64,000 bases of DNA from Octopus vulgaris (GCA_951406725.2 OX597833.1:25916001-25980000), one strand, 5' to 3'; shown: positions 43,116 to 58,860, counted from the stretch's first letter. Notes: generated by a model not told the origin, from the sequence alone. A program made the numbers and translations.

Positions 43116-43746
43116 ATATATATGTATGTGTGTGTGTGTGCATGTATGTACGTATATTAGCGTTTGTATTCCAAGCGTCACGCAGAAATTTCAAGATCTC
43201 GGCCATTACCAACATACGATGTAACTATGTGCTTCTGTGCGGAACAAAATACATGCTCAATAACACATTCATAACGACATCCATAAATTAATGTCATAGT
43301 TACGGGATACTACCGCGTGGAGACATTCCGCGCATTAAATACACATATGAGGGGTTTTTTAAGAAAAAAAAAACCGGTCAGCTTGACAATATATATTCTA
43401 TTAGATGACAAAAACTTACTCTATGGTTGTTCGATCTCTAACAACAAGCGTAGAAAATAAATCTAAAATGAAATTTTCGGTACATAATATCGGGTGAATC
43501 TCCTTTGAGTGGTATGCGGTAAAGCAACGTTTTTCTTTATTTCTTGTTAGACTGGTACATTGAAACACACTTTTCTCGTTGGTAAGACGTAAGAAACTAT
43601 CGGGGGCTGTGTCGGGGTGGGATTATGAATATTAATTGCATCAGTAAGTGATTTGGTTCATCATGTTTTGTTAAGTTTAGCTGCCATAAATAAATATCGT
43701 AGTTTGAATGTTAATCGATGATAGGCAGACAGACAACCAGCTAAAC

Positions 43747-43778
<32 letters not shown>

Positions 43779-43779
43779 T

Positions 43780-43814
<35 letters not shown>

Positions 43815-43993
43815 GAATGGATGGTAAAATTTTCATATACGGATAAAGCGAGAGAAAGAGTGAGATGAGAGAGCATGAGATGTTGAATTTTCGACTCTAC
43901 TTCACTCTGTTCGGATATAAGGTAAGGACTGTTTATAAAATAAGAGAGGGAGTAGGGAGAGTGTGCATTTATGCACAAATAGGCGCACGCACG

Positions 43994-44034
<41 letters not shown>

Positions 44035-44373
44035 ACATGAAAACATAAATGGTGTGTGTGTATGTGTATACATGTATATACAGAGGGAGAGATAGAGAGA
44101 AAGAGAGAGAAATACACACACACATATATGCATATATTGAATTCATATTTATACACACATTCAAAGCGCATTTATATATAGGGATTATGTACATATTTCT
44201 AATAAATACTTCGTATAGAAATTAAACTAGCAAATTGTTTCAACAAAACAACGTGAATGTTAATCGATAATAGATAGTTAGACAGACAGACAACCATCTG
44301 TTCAAGAAATCAACACAGATCGGTCCAGAAGTCGAACTTACAACCTCACAATTGTAAGTCCGACGCTATAACT

Positions 44374-44609
44374 ACTTATTTCTTTATTGCCCACAAGGGG
44401 CTAAACATAGAGGGGACAAACAAGGACAAACAAAGGCATTAAGTCGATTACATCGTCTCCAGTGAGTAACTGGTACTTAATTTATCGACCCCGAAAGCAT
44501 GAAAGGTGAAGTCGACCTCGGCGGAATTTGAACTCAGAACGTCGCGGCAGACGAAATACCGCTAAGAATTTCGCCCGGCGTGCTAACGATTCTGCCAGCT
44601 CGCCGCCTT
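44374..44609 (-). mobile_element. Full-length tRNA-derived SINE family B
   Basis: Reverse strand: GGCGGCGAGCTGGCAGAATCGTTAG...GAGTTCAAATTCC (B box), GTCGACTT.CCTTTCAT.CTTTCGGGGTCGATAAA central domain, tail AAAGAAATAAG. Confidence 0.9.
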
Positions 44610-45665
44610 AATGCTACTTAGCTAATAAAAATGTAAAGGTCGCGGTTAGAACACCTTTGATCCATAGGTCTGCTGGATAAATCCTGATATAGTGATAAAC
44701 AAGAACAACAACAACAAAAATTCAGAACCTGCCATTCTTTTATCAACATTGATGTTTTGTTTGATAATATATACAGCGAATCTTCGAGCAAAAGATGTTT
44801 CCTCTCTTAAAATGACCCATAACACTAATTCTTACAAACTAGTCTAGCTGTCAATGATAGATCATTTTTTTAAAAAAAGGACGTAATCCTATAGACGAAC
44901 CATTTCAGAAATAAAGAAATATACAATGTGTAGCAGATTAAATATTTGGGTCAATATAACTACCTAATTCTTCGGAAGATGGTGTTCCAGCATGGCCAAA
45001 GCTCTATGCCTAAAACCCGTAAAATAATACAGATGTAAAAATCACGCATGTATGAGTGTTTGTATGTGTATGTGAGTGTATGTGTGTGATTTCATCTGTT
45101 TCTCTTAGGCCAATTCACGGATTACATCAAAAATTTCAATACAGACTGTGGAGGCGGCTGGAAGCATAATTTTTTACTTTAGTAATACTTCCATGCACCC
45201 AGAGAGTGTCAGTGAATTATATTTTAAATTATGAAATTGTAGATGTCTTAAGGAAAAAAATCCATATTTTTGTGAATATGTATATATTGCATGTGAAGTA
45301 TGAGGCACGATGATTTGGGTATATGAATTATATTACTGTCTGAAACTTAAATGTTAAATAAGGTGGAAACCTAAGCTGCAAGGAAGAAATGGATAGCGAC
45401 GTTACGGGAGGTGGGAATAGTGAATGTATATGTTTAGGTACTCGTTTATTTTTGTTAATTACTACTTCAATATTTATGGATAGGTGGGTGCAAAATGTTC
45501 TGTATTAGCTTTTTATATATATATTTTCGAAATTTTGCCAGGTGTATAATGGATGTCTGTTACATATACATGTCTGTTGTGTGTGTGTACTTATATATAA
45601 GCATATCTATCTACCTATGTATGTATATATGGATGTATGTATCTATCTATATACACACACATGCG

Positions 45666-45697
<32 letters not shown>

Positions 45698-46105
45698 GTT
45701 GAAATTTATAGAAAAACAAAAGACGAAGACATGTGTATAATCAACAAGCAGGTGATTTAGTTTGATACTCGGGAAAATGGGAAAAGTCTTTTCGAGCCTA
45801 CCCTCTTCGACAGAAAAAAAAAACAAGAGGAAATAAATAGAGAGAATGAAAAAAAACGTATTGCGTTTAGTGCTGCAACACACTCACGGGCGTGCACATA
45901 CACACACGCACGCACACACACACATATACATACGTGAATACATGCAAACATATGTGTATAAACTGTTTGAAGTGGTGTGCATGTTTTATATATCAATGAA
46001 AAGAAGGTAGTCTGAATTCTAGATAATTCTTTATTAGCACTTTCGAATGAGACGAAAGCGCGAATAAAGAATAATTCAAAATCATGACTTCCTTCTCTTC
46101 CCCTA

Positions 46106-46178
<73 letters not shown>

Positions 46179-46181
<3 letters not shown>

Positions 46182-47411
46182 GTGTTGGACAAAAGTAATG
46201 GAAACGCCTAGCATCGTAACATCATATTTTTGAAATAACTGTAAACCCGTCAAAACATTGTTCATTTTGATTTCTTGTCTATTATTAGTGTTGCTTAACG
46301 TGTTTTGCGAAAATTGCTGTTTCTTTTCAGATATCATCAGAAAACGGTAATTAAAATTCATTAAAATGACAGATCTCACGGACTTTTAAAGATGCCAAAT
46401 TGTTGGTGCTCGTATGGCAGGCGCTAGCGTAATGAAAGCAGCCGAAATGGTTGGTGTATCAAGAAGTACTGTCTCGAAAGTAATGACAACCTTTGAGAAA
46501 GAGGGAAGAACTTCCTCGTCGAAACAAAACTCCGGAAGAAAACCAAAACTTTCAGACAGGGACCGTCGGAATTGTTTGAAAGGATCACAAAAGTACAGCT
46601 CCCAGAATTACTGCAGAGCTTAATGACCATCTCGAGAATCCAGTTTCCACAAAAATTGTTCGCCGGGAACTGCGGATTTCACGGGAGGGCTGCAATCACA
46701 AAACGACTACTTTCAAAACAAACGTTGCAAAACGTTTAGATTGGAGTTAAAAACCTACAGAATTGGTCCTTCGAGCAGTGGAAAAATGTTACTTTCTCGG
46801 ACGATCCATCATTTACCTTATTTCCGACCACCGGCCGAGTATACGTGTGGAGCCAAACGAAGCATTTGACCAAGACTAATTTCTTCCAACTGTTGGAGGA
46901 GAATTTGAGATGATCTGAGGAGCTATATCTTGGAAATCCGCCAACCCAATGGCTTCCCTTCGAAGCAGCATTAATAAACAAGACTATTTAAGAATTTTAT
47001 CTGATCATATTCATCCTATAGTTGCGGAACTGCTTCCGAAGGGAAACGCAATGTCTCAGGATGATTATGCACCAATTTACACTGCTAAAGTTGTTACTGA
47101 ATGGCACAAGGAACATTCTAGTGAAGTTGAACATCTTATCTGGCCACCAGAGTCCCCAGATCTCAATATTATTGAACATTTATAGTACATTTTAGAAAAA
47201 CAAGTAAGGAGTCGATATCCTCCACCATCGTCACTACAAGAACTGTAGCCTGTTGTAGCTGAAGAATGGACAAAAATTCCTTTGGAAACAATTCACACGT
47301 TATACAAGTCCATACCTCGTAGAATTCCAGCTATAATTACTGCCAAAGGCGGTCGTACCCCATATTAAAATAAATTTGTTTAAATTTTTAATGTGTTTCC
47401 ATTATTTTGTC

Positions 47412-47414
<3 letters not shown>
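46179..47414 (+). mobile_element. Tc1-family DNA transposon, near full length, inactive
   Basis: Left TIR caggtgttggacaaaagtaatggaaac; right TIR gtttccattattttgtccaa (outer bases lost); flanked by (TA)n; transposase 46366-47368 with HTH, GRKPKLS, FSDD, QDDYAP, SPDLNIIEHL, GGRTPY*; frameshifts and stops. Confidence 0.95.
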
Positions 47415-47468
<54 letters not shown>

Positions 47469-47536
47469 GAGTAAGCACATATATGTAAAACAAGCTGGAA
47501 AAATAAAACTTGAATACCGATGGTAGAGTAATGTGC

Positions 47537-47705
47537 TTTTTTATTGAAGCTGCAAAAATATCAGAAAAAACTGTAATTCAGAGTTTCGCGTTCCCGTTCG
47601 TCGAGTAGTTTTGATCAAGTGTCTTGATCACAATTATTCGACGAACGGGATCGTCGAACTGTGAGTCACAGATTTTCTGGTATTTTTTCAGCTTTAATAA
47701 TAAAA
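47537..47705. repeat. Palindromic element with two inverted hammerhead-like motifs
   Basis: ...gcgttcccgttcgtcga / tcgacgaacgggatcgt...; homologous to 55458-55637. Confidence 0.8.
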
Positions 47706-47743
47706 AAAAGAATGTGTGCGTGCATATGTGTGAGTATGTATGC

Positions 47744-47822
<79 letters not shown>

Positions 47823-50147
47823 GAGATAGATAGATACATTTACATATTTATCTATCTATCTATATATTATATATATATATTTATGTATGCCTATATATAT
47901 ATTATATATATATATACATGTAAATATGTGTGTATATATATTTAAGCATACATACACATACACACACATACATACATATATATACATATGTATACATATA
48001 TATATTTATATATATTTATATCCACATACATGGTTGACAGTTTAAGACATATTTCGTGCTAGGTAAAATGTGTTATAGTAACATATTGTTAAATGCGATT
48101 AAAATATAGCATAAACATCTTACATATATACTTACAGAGATATATATCTGTATAGTTCATGCATATATGCGTATACTTAAATTTGTATATGGAAAACGAC
48201 ATATATGTACGTGGATAAAATATATCAGCAGGATTATTTCGTGCGTCTAAACTGATTCTCTTTTAACTAAATTCATATGTAACAATATCTTATTTATGAG
48301 TGTATAAATATTTTATTATCTATTGTTAAATAGAACATCATATAGCATATCGCTTGTGTATACCTACATAACGAGGTATTTCAGCCTGCCTATTATCATC
48401 ACAATGTTTTACACCTGATTGAATTGGTCTGTACGTGAGTCACTTATCTGTGTGTGCAGACTCTTTACAACTGCAAAAGGCATGAATCTAATTATATTGT
48501 AACAAGATGAGTACATATAACTGCACATTGATTTAATATTGTGATATAATTTTACTCCTAACATTGCTATCACATGGTCGTAAGTTTCTAAGAAATTGGT
48601 TAATTTAGCAAATATTAACCCTTGACAGCATCAAGTTGTGTAAAGGTTTTGAAATGAAAAGTAAAAACAAAAAGAAAAAAGCTAGGGATAGAAAATTAAT
48701 GCAAGATGGGAGAGAATTGTGTTCTTTAATTGGTAGTGATACTCATATAACTGACATTTACTGAGGAATATATTTTTTTAGCAACACTAAACACCAATAG
48801 TTCAATAGAATAGATTTCATGCTGAAACGCCAATCTACTGTAGCACGGGAAGGTTATAGCAAGAACCATGACTATACTGGCGCTCCTGCCACTAAGAAGA
48901 ACAACGAAATCGTAACGCTGGCAACAAGTCTGCTAGAAAGAGAAAATAAGTCTCATTCAAAGCACACGTTATTGTATAAAATACGTAGAGATCCCACTCG
49001 GACAATGTTGTTTTTTCATACAAAAAGAAACAAAAATGGAAGGATATGAAAGGAAATGTTTATATCATAGGTTCGCTTGATCTGGGTCGAACTAAGGCTA
49101 AACAACACTAACACCAACAACAACAATACGACAAGCATGTTAACAATAAAAAGCAGTATGTTTATTCTCAGTTTATCGACAATAACTCAGGAAATAGATG
49201 ACTTCCAACAACCCACACAACACCAAGCCAACGAAGTAACCTCTACGTGGTCTTTCGATTGGCTTGTAATGACAGGCAGCTCAATCTAGTAACGCAATCT
49301 TCAGTCTTATGTGATGATACGATGCATAAGTTAAAATAGTGATACATAGATCGAAGAAAACAGCATGGTCATTGCAGGAATTGCTTGATTGTAGCCTTTT
49401 CAATTAAGTGGTCTTCAGGCTAAACAACCCTTATGTACTTGCCTAGTATAATGTTGGTTCCTGTTGCTGATGTTGATTGATGCCAGTTAGTTCTGCTCTT
49501 GGGGTATTTGATTAAAGGTTCTTCAGTTTGTGAATATTCCTTCAGCTTTTATACAATATGTACGCTGTATTTTGAGGGAAATCTTGCTAAGGTCTCTAGT
49601 AGACGGAACGATCACAGAAAGGATCTTCTCGTTGGTTCGATATTTTGGTTATCATGTTGTTGTCACTCACTGAGTCAAAATCCCCACATTGCTTGTAAGT
49701 AGTGAAGCAACGGTTTTGATCTAAGACTTCCTCTAAAAGAGTTGACCTGGAGCTAAATAAACACTAAAAGCAGAGAGACAGGCATGCAGGGTGTATAATT
49801 GACGTGTATTTTGGTGATGTGCAACAGAGATGAGTGTCTAAGACGTCCAATGAGGGAAAACCCATGTAAAACCATTGGTGACACTAACAACAATTATAAC
49901 CACAATGAAGACCACAGAAATAAAAGGGTACTAAAAACAATTTCAGTGAAGAATAGCAAAAATAAAATCAATGTCTTGAAAAGTTCCTTTGAAAGATATC
50001 AATATAATATGAATTGGCATATTTTCTGTTAAGATAAGCACGATATTCAAATGAATGGATTTGAAAGAGTTAAGGAAGTCAAACGAACAAAGCAGATAAT
50101 TGGATTAAGCCACTGAGCTTTTGAGCCTATGTACATAACTTTGTGTG

Positions 50148-50193
<46 letters not shown>

Positions 50194-50567
50194 CGCATGT
50201 ATGTCTGGGTGCGCACGCATGTAGTCTGATTATATATACAACACAGATTAAAATAGAATACTATCAAGTCAGCATAAAACTATATACAGGCGACGGTTTA
50301 GCGGTATCTCATATTTCAAAGAAACTTAGACAAACTTATAAACATACTAGTTTCTTCAAAGTATTCAATATATAAAGTACGATATGAACAATGACGAAAT
50401 AAAGAATACTTTCAAGATATAACACTTGTACTAAACACAATCAAATACGATAGGCTGCTGAATAATCAGCATATATTCAATATATATCAGCAAAGAATCT
50501 AACAACGTCCTCCAATTGTAAAATATTATAGATAATATTGGTAAATATTTATAAATCACAGATGTGA

Positions 50568-50659
<92 letters not shown>

Positions 50660-50725
50660 GTATATATATATGTATGTATGTATATATATACATGTATATA
50701 TATGTGTGTGTGTGTGCTTTTATGC

Positions 50726-50762
<37 letters not shown>

Positions 50763-51210
50763 CCATGTTCCGAGGCCCCAACTCTTCAATCAAAACTCAT
50801 AATCAAAGCACCTTTTATTCATAGCTCTATTCTATTTTTTATTCTGTCTAAAGTTCAATATTTCACGATATCCTAAAGAACATCTTCAAAAGTACAAGAT
50901 GAATTTATTGAGGTCTATTACAAATTTCAATAAGTAAAACTTCCAGATATGAATAAAAGAGCACTTTTATAATCCAGGCAACTTTCGAAGACAAACACGG
51001 CGCACTATTCGCTTCGCGAAATCATCGATCAATTCAGAATAATCATGCTGAGAGCTATGTTCGATTTGTATCATAAACAATCCACAATGTCTGGTACACG
51101 TTCGTGGTACAACGTAATAATTTTTACAAGAACTTTTGCAGATACAAATTTTCAGTTAACGTAGTTAAATTCTTGTTCAACATCTAAACCAAAGTAAATA
51201 GATAACTCAC

Positions 51211-51292
51211 CTACGTACTTTCATCTCAACATGGAACTCCTCATCCGCGGTGGCCCCTGCGACCGCAGGAGTTGCAGGGCTTAGCGACGACC
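51211..51292 (-). CDS. PLEKHG7: Exon of PLEKHG7-like RhoGEF gene (most upstream exon found)
   Basis: GC-rich 82-nt island, ...catacag|GG...CGTAG|gtgagt; phase 1 to 2; encodes SSLSPATPAVAGATADEEFHVEMKVR(S) and joins in frame to exon 34958-34783. The acceptor polypyrimidine tract is weak. Confidence 0.65.
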
Positions 51293-51779
51293 CTGTATGC
51301 ATGTATATATATATGTGCATTAATACCTGTATAAGCACATATGTACACACGAACACACACATACACACATGTATTTATATATATATGTATATGTAAAGAT
51401 ATGTAGAAGGTTGAAAAGGAACGCACGAGTTTATATATATGGAAGAAAGAAGTCAAGGTAGAAAATGCTAAAATACTTTCATAAAAGACATTTCATTTTA
51501 GGTCACTTGACCATTTAACACCTTACTACTATCATACTGTATATACAGTATATATAAAGATATATATATATATATGTATATATATATGTATGTATGTACA
51601 TATGTATGCAATAGTGTATATTTAAACGCAGGAGAAACTACCCGTTAAAGGTAGTTTCTCTTGTGTACATTACAAGATTTGGCTCGAAAACCAAAACAGA
51701 ATACCTTATAGCAAAAAAAAAAAAGAAAACACTAAATGACCCACAAAATTGCGTAGCATGACACTGAATATAATGTATG

Positions 51780-52565
51780 TCGAACAAAACCTGTACTTGG
51801 TTGAGAAGGAAATTGAAACAAGGTACAGAGAGACTTATTATAGTAGTTCACAATCAAACAGTAAAAACAAACAATATGAGAAAATATGTGTATGGGGATA
51901 AGGTGTCAGCAAAATGTAATGTGTGGAATTTGGAATGAAACAATAACATATTGTTGAAGAATATCCAATGTTGGTTCAGAGAGAATATAAGAAATCGAGC
52001 CATTACCAAGTTGTGAAAGTTTTGCCCTGGAAACTTTGCCAAAATCAGGTTATTTGAAGCTAGAAGTATTTGGAATGATCATCAGGTTGAAAGAGTGCTT
52101 GAGTCAGAAATGCAAGATTTTATAGAATTTTCCAATTCAAACGGATAAGTTAGAAAATAATAAACTAGATATAGCAACAATGGGCAAAGAGAAGCTAAGT
52201 TGCTTACTAATGAATCCATCATGTCCGTTTGATTCGAGGAGAGTAAAGAAAGGAGATGAAAAATTATAAATAATTCAATCCCTTAGAATCTGAAATTTGC
52301 GAAAATTTGAAGTATGAAAACTGTAACGGTTGTGCCAATAATAATTGGTGTATTAGGAACAGTGAGTAATGATATAGGAAAATGGTTGAAGGAGATTTAA
52401 CTGAAATCCCCTGTAGAGCTTCTACAGAAAGTTTGCTTCTGGAAATCTTATCAGAAGTGCTTTGGGCACTTGAAAGATTATTCAAAGCTTGTGTATATCT
52501 AAGGTTACAGGTTGTGCCCCGCTATCGACATAAATCCGACAAGGAAAAGGACCAAACCTGAGTCA
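51780..52565 (+). mobile_element. 3' fragment of an R4/Dong-like LINE (Zn knuckle and restriction-like endonuclease)
   Basis: LVQREYKKSSHYQVVKVLPWKLC, NFPIQTDKLENNKLDI, CLLMNPSCPFD, VVPIIIGVLGTV, LLQKVC; ends in (AAT)n 52566-52695. Confidence 0.85.
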
Positions 52566-52694
<129 letters not shown>

Positions 52695-53199
52695 CATATT
52701 TAGAATTAGTTATAGAAGAAAAAGAAAAGCAGTAAGGTGAAGGAGAGGTGGAGGTGAAGGAAAATTTCTGCTACTTCTCAAAATATAAACAAAATAAGTA
52801 CAGACATCAAATTATAGCATTCATTCATATAATTGTGTGTGCATGTGCATGTGAGTATGTGCATATGTACGCACACATACATTGTAGATAAACGCAGACA
52901 TTGGTGAAATATTTAATCATTGAGATTATGCAGTGCTTTGGCATTTTTATATTTATACGAATTACTCAAACTGTGAGAATAATGTCTATTAAATGTATAA
53001 GAGAGTAGATATTGTATACTTAGTCTGAGATCGGTGAACCATACACTCACATACACACGCGCATCGACACGAGTAATTATTTCTTAAACTCAGGTATTTA
53101 TTCTATCGTTCGGTCTTACCAAATCGCTAAATTACGGACGGACACACACACAGACACACACACACACACGTGCACATATATATATACATATCCTTACAC

Positions 53200-53268
<69 letters not shown>

Positions 53269-53396
53269 CACACAGGTACGTACATATCCACACACACACA
53301 CACACACACACGTATATATGTCGAACGATGAAATGAGTGCTCAACACCACATTGGTGGAGGATATGTATAATTCACAAATAAAGATATATACACAT

Positions 53397-53457
<61 letters not shown>

Positions 53458-53582
53458 CTTTGTTTAAGGAAAACGTTTTGAATATGCAAAAAAAGCTCCT
53501 ATTCCATTATGTGCCGATATAATGCAGAATGAATTATAATAATAATAATAATCCTTGGATTGAATTTATAAACATTTAATGC

Positions 53583-53716
53583 ATCGCTACGCGCGTTTCC
53601 TCAAGTCACATTACTCTTAAGGTCATAGTCCGCATTTCTGGGATGATTACAGTGTAGTCCGTATTATCCGTGCGCATCCGGTTGATCATCATCATTGATT
53701 CATTTCTTCAGGCGAT
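53583..53716 (-). ncRNA. Hammerhead-like motif
   Basis: AUCGC-CUGAAGA-[~105 nt]-GAAAC-GCGC-GUA/GCGAU; the base of stem II is not clearly paired. Confidence 0.65.
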
Positions 53717-53856
53717 ATAACATTTGTGGATGCACCACAGGGGTATGGTCTCCCCTTTTTACCCGTATGAAGGTCAAGTGAGTTATAACGGATACTACGG
53801 GCTACAATGTTATCATCCCAGGAATACGCCCTGTGATCTTAAAAGTCATATATGTA

Positions 53857-53914
<58 letters not shown>

Positions 53915-54787
53915 GACGACGAGTTTCTACTCAGTTTTCGACTACCAATTTACTCACAAAGCTTTTGTGGACTCAGGGCTATAGTAGAGTGCAATTGACG
54001 AAGGTGCTACGTAATACAACTGAACCCCAAATCATACAATTTCAAGCCCGCTTCTTAACAACCACCCATTGCCTGCGCTATATGAAGACATTCATATTAT
54101 CCGTGAGAAATTGACTGAAATAATATATTACGAAATTGAAGACACAATTGCTTATAGATATAGCATTCATATTATTTATGTTATTACTAACATAATTGAG
54201 TGATAAATATATGTATAGTTAATTAAATCTGACACACAAACACACGCGTACACAAACACACACACACGTATATATGCACATATAAATACAGATAAACATA
54301 GAAATACATATATCACATCACAAACGCATGCTTGTATAAACAGGTATGTGCGTGCACTCACACACGCGCCATTATTTCCCCTCGTGATTATCGTGTGATT
54401 TGATGAATCATGTTTGTTGCCTCGCTCATACATATATCAGATAAGGTGGAATTGTATCGTGTTATCGAGTAAATCAACGCCGAAAAATTATGACACGGTA
54501 TAGTATATACAATTCATTTAATGAAAGAAAACGAAAGTGAAAGTAGAGATGTATATATGTGTTTTAAGTGGCTATTATGACTCAACAACAATGTAATTAT
54601 TACAGCTTCAACATATAATCTTAGATCAATTTAGTTGCCAAACAAGTGAAACGCAGAAACAGATGCCTACAATTATATAAATATAATTTAAAGTATGTGT
54701 CGCTAAACAAAGTAGTTTTGAAAGCCGCGTTGTGTCTTGTACAAATTTGTCGTGTATTGCAATGTGTTTATAACAAAATGTTCTGTG

Positions 54788-54833
<46 letters not shown>

Positions 54834-55457
54834 TGTGTATGTGCGCGCGCGCGCGTGTGTGCATGTGAACGATATGTAAGTCTATAAATTTGTCTATTCA
54901 TAACTGTGCATATATATAATCCCACATACGTATCCACCTATATATGTGGGTGTATATGTTGGGCATCATATGAATTTAGGAACCCGAGAAAGTGAAATAA
55001 TTCTTTTTCTGAACGTTGAATCTCGAAGCAAATATTGCAATGAATTTTAGTATATACATAATGGATGAAAATGCCTACTGGATAGAAAGTGTAAAACCTG
55101 AAACTTTTTTTATGCCAAGTTATCTATATAATTCTCTATAAGTATCATCATGCATATGTATGTGTGTGTGCTCGTGCGTGTGTGTGTATGTGTGTGTGAA
55201 CCTTTGTGTATATATACATGACTGTTTCCGATGGTATACATTTATACACACACAAATACAGACACACAGACACAGACAGACAGACACACCCACACACACA
55301 CACATAGACACACACAGACACACACACACACAAAGAGAGAAATATATATATATATATAAATATATATATGTATATACGCACCAAAGTAAGCGCTTAAATG
55401 TGAAACAAGGTGGAAAAAATAGTATAAGCATACCAGAAGTAGAGTAATACGCTTTAG

Positions 55458-55637
55458 TAAATAAAGCTGCAAAGACATCACAAAAACTGTTAATACGAGT
55501 TTCACGTTCCCGTTCGTCGGAAAGTTTTCGTTGAGAATGGAATAAAAATTTATTCTCCATTCTCAACCAAAACTGTCCGGCGAACGGGAACATAAAACTC
55601 TGAGTAACAACTTTTGTGATATTTACAGCTTTATTAA
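55458..55637. repeat. Palindromic element with two inverted hammerhead-like motifs
   Basis: ataaagctg...cgttcccgttcgtcgg...ccggcgaacgggaac...cagctttat. Confidence 0.85.
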
Positions 55638-56239
55638 TAATGTGTGTGTGTGTGTATGTGTGTGTGTGTGTGTGTGTGTATGTGTGTGTGTGTGTGTGTG
55701 TATGTGTTTGTGTGTAAATATTTGGTGACAGAAACTGTCATGCCACCATAGTGAACTGCTTTCCTTTTTGTGTAATAACTACGTACTTCTGAATCTTATC
55801 ATTAACGTGGAACAGGTTATAAAACAGTTATCTTTGGTTAAATCCAGCTCATTTAGAGAAGACTTCGCAAATGTCAACCAGCAAAAGTATTCAGGTAAGT
55901 AACAATTTTTCATAGATCGTTGTATAACAGAAAGTGGTTCTCGTGACAGCAGGTCACAAAGTTAGCAAGAGATATTCTATCGCACTTTTCAACTGCACGA
56001 AAGCCTGTAAAAATTCTACAAATTCTATAAATTTTTTTGGTAAATCCATGCAGCGTTCAAAGAGCATCAAGACATGCAGAGAAGCCAAATTTCTGAACTT
56101 CTTAAATTTCAGTGTAACGTATGAGTGACTATCATACATATACAAACACAGGACTGTATGTATATGTATACGTTTGTGTTTGTGTGTGTGTGAGAGAGAG
56201 TATGTGTGTATGTGTGTGTGTGAGAGAGAGAGAGAAGAC

Positions 56240-56495
56240 TCAGGGGATCACTGGTTAAGGTGTTAGGTTCATGTCAGTAAAGTAATGGATTTGATTACTG
56301 GCTGTGCACTGTGTCGTTCGGCAAGACACTTCATTTCAAGTTGCTTCAGTCCACTCAGGTAGCAAAAATTAGTACTACATGTAATTCAAAGGGCCGGCCT
56401 TGTCACATTCTGTATTACGCTAAGGGTAAGCGTGACTGTTGAGTGAACAGCCACTTGCACGTTAATTTCACGTGCAGGATGTGCCGTTGATTCTG
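56240..56495 (+). mobile_element. Diverged tRNA/CORE-like SINE, separate family
   Basis: tggttaaggtgtt head followed by gtgtcgttcggcaagacacttcatt...gtccactcag. Confidence 0.55.
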
Positions 56496-56522
56496 AATGA
56501 AGGAGTGCGTGCGTTCGTGTGG

Positions 56523-56571
<49 letters not shown>

Positions 56572-56881
56572 TGTGTGTGTGTGAGTGTGTGTAGCATAAG
56601 TTTAAAAATCAGCTCAAATTATGCTATAGTGAACAAATGTATAAATTTTAAAATGCATTAAAAAATTGATTTGCAATTCCAAAATATAGTACCATTGAAT
56701 GACTTTTAGCTTTGTTGTAGCTTTCAGCTTCGAAACATGCACGGGAAGATGTGATGGCTAATGTAGTTTTACATTTTATTTATAAAATATACAGAACTCA
56801 ATTTAATGACACTGTATTCTGAAGCAAATAGAAATAACATTCAATGCATTTACGAACTTTACTTTTCATACGCTCTCGATG

Positions 56882-56931
<50 letters not shown>

Positions 56932-56951
56932 GACATATATATATACGTATG

Positions 56952-57044
<93 letters not shown>

Positions 57045-57234
57045 CTTTTGAATTTGTTTACTGGGAATGTTTTCAATTTGCAAATAAAGTTCCCATTCCA
57101 TTTGGCCGGCCATAATCTATTAATGCTTGCTGGTGAATCAGTTTTGAGGTTTAATCGAGCTGTATCGATATAAAGTGGGATTAATATAGTAATAATAGCA
57201 ATAATACTTGGATAGAATTTATGAATATTTATTG

Positions 57235-57315
57235 TATCGCTACGCGCGTTTCCTCATATCAAATGTCTCTTAAGATCATAGCCAAAATTCTTGGCATTCA
57301 TTTCTTTAGGCGATA
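57235..57315 (-). ncRNA. Hammerhead-like motif, same family as 53583, core mutated
   Basis: UAUCGC-CUAAAGA-...-GAAAC-GCGC-GUA/GCGAUA. Confidence 0.6.
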
Positions 57316-58117
57316 TAATATTAATGGAATATTTATCTCTTTTGACCAGTGGAGAGGTTGGTTGATATATGTACGTATTCATACACGCATGTATATGTGT
57401 TTATACATGCATATATACATTTATCAATGTATACCTATAGAAATATTCACACACACGCCCACATAGATACACACACACACATACACACATACGGGAAGGG
57501 GTGCATACACATACACATATGCACTGAATATCTTCTTTAGCCATCTCTAATTTTCTTTCTTTCATAAAAAAAGACAATACTACTTTGTTAGCGACTAGCG
57601 TCTAATCTGCAAGGTAATTTGATAAATGTCAAAGAAAGATAACAAATTCATACATACACACATTCGTACACACTACTTTTTTCTTGCAGTTCTATCTATC
57701 TACCTATGTCTTCCTCTTTCTCCTTGTATATACATACACTCACGCGCACACACTCATATTTATATGCATATTCTATATATGTAAGCGAAGTTGTATATTA
57801 TAAATTATATAATAATTGATACAGGCTCCAACAAAAATTTTGGTCGATGCATATAAAAACAGGCGGGTTGCTGATATAATTCTCAAAATCAAGAGTCAAA
57901 CGCTGCACTTAATATCACGAAGAATATAGATACATTACTGTCTCCCTACCTGTTTCGATGAACACAATTAAAATACCAAAACGTTCAAGTATTAAGATTC
58001 ATAAATTGAAGTCTGTGTTGACAAAAGAAGCCATTATTGAATTTCGTGTGAAAATATCTTTGGAACACTTCCGAATCAGAATATTATTGCGACGATTTAT
58101 TCCCTTTGTAAGATGAA

Positions 58118-58185
<68 letters not shown>

Positions 58186-58821
58186 ATATAAACATATATA
58201 CATACACTTTTGCACAGGGATACACGTTTGTATGAGTGCATGGGTGTACACAAACACTTATTCCAGCTATTACACATATAGACACACCACCTATGTATAT
58301 GGTGTCAGAATGTGTCGACAATGTAAAAGAAACAGGTGGTACGAATATGAGCGTGTAGATCAATGACTGCAATAAATACATGCGCACAGTCGCATTCGTA
58401 TTCGCACAAACACGTATATCATACGCTCACAAATATATTTCAGTGACTGTGTGAGGTGTGTGTGTCTGTGTGTATATGTTTGGGTATAACGCGAGAGCAC
58501 GAAACAAAGGATGCTGTTATTCGCAATAATATTTCAATTAAGACTTATTCTAAAGAAAATTTCAAACAAAAGATAAACTACCAAAACGACTGTCTTTGTT
58601 GGAATTATTTGAAGCAACGAATGTCAATACTTGAAACATTTTGTAGCTTATATATATTTCTAAAGGATGTTAAATAGATAGCAATATTTCGTGTTGAGAA
58701 ATGCAGCTCTTGCTTTCTGTTGGTGTCAACTGAGTAGCCTCATCCAGCATGCATTTATACAATTTACAGAAAGTTCAGATACTGACAACATATAGAACCA
58801 TGCATGCGTACACACACATGA

Positions 58822-58860
<39 letters not shown>

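Noticed and set aside
55848-55894. Plus-strand mini-exon ending cag|gtaagt
   Set aside because: No partner exons on that strand and no recognisable peptide.
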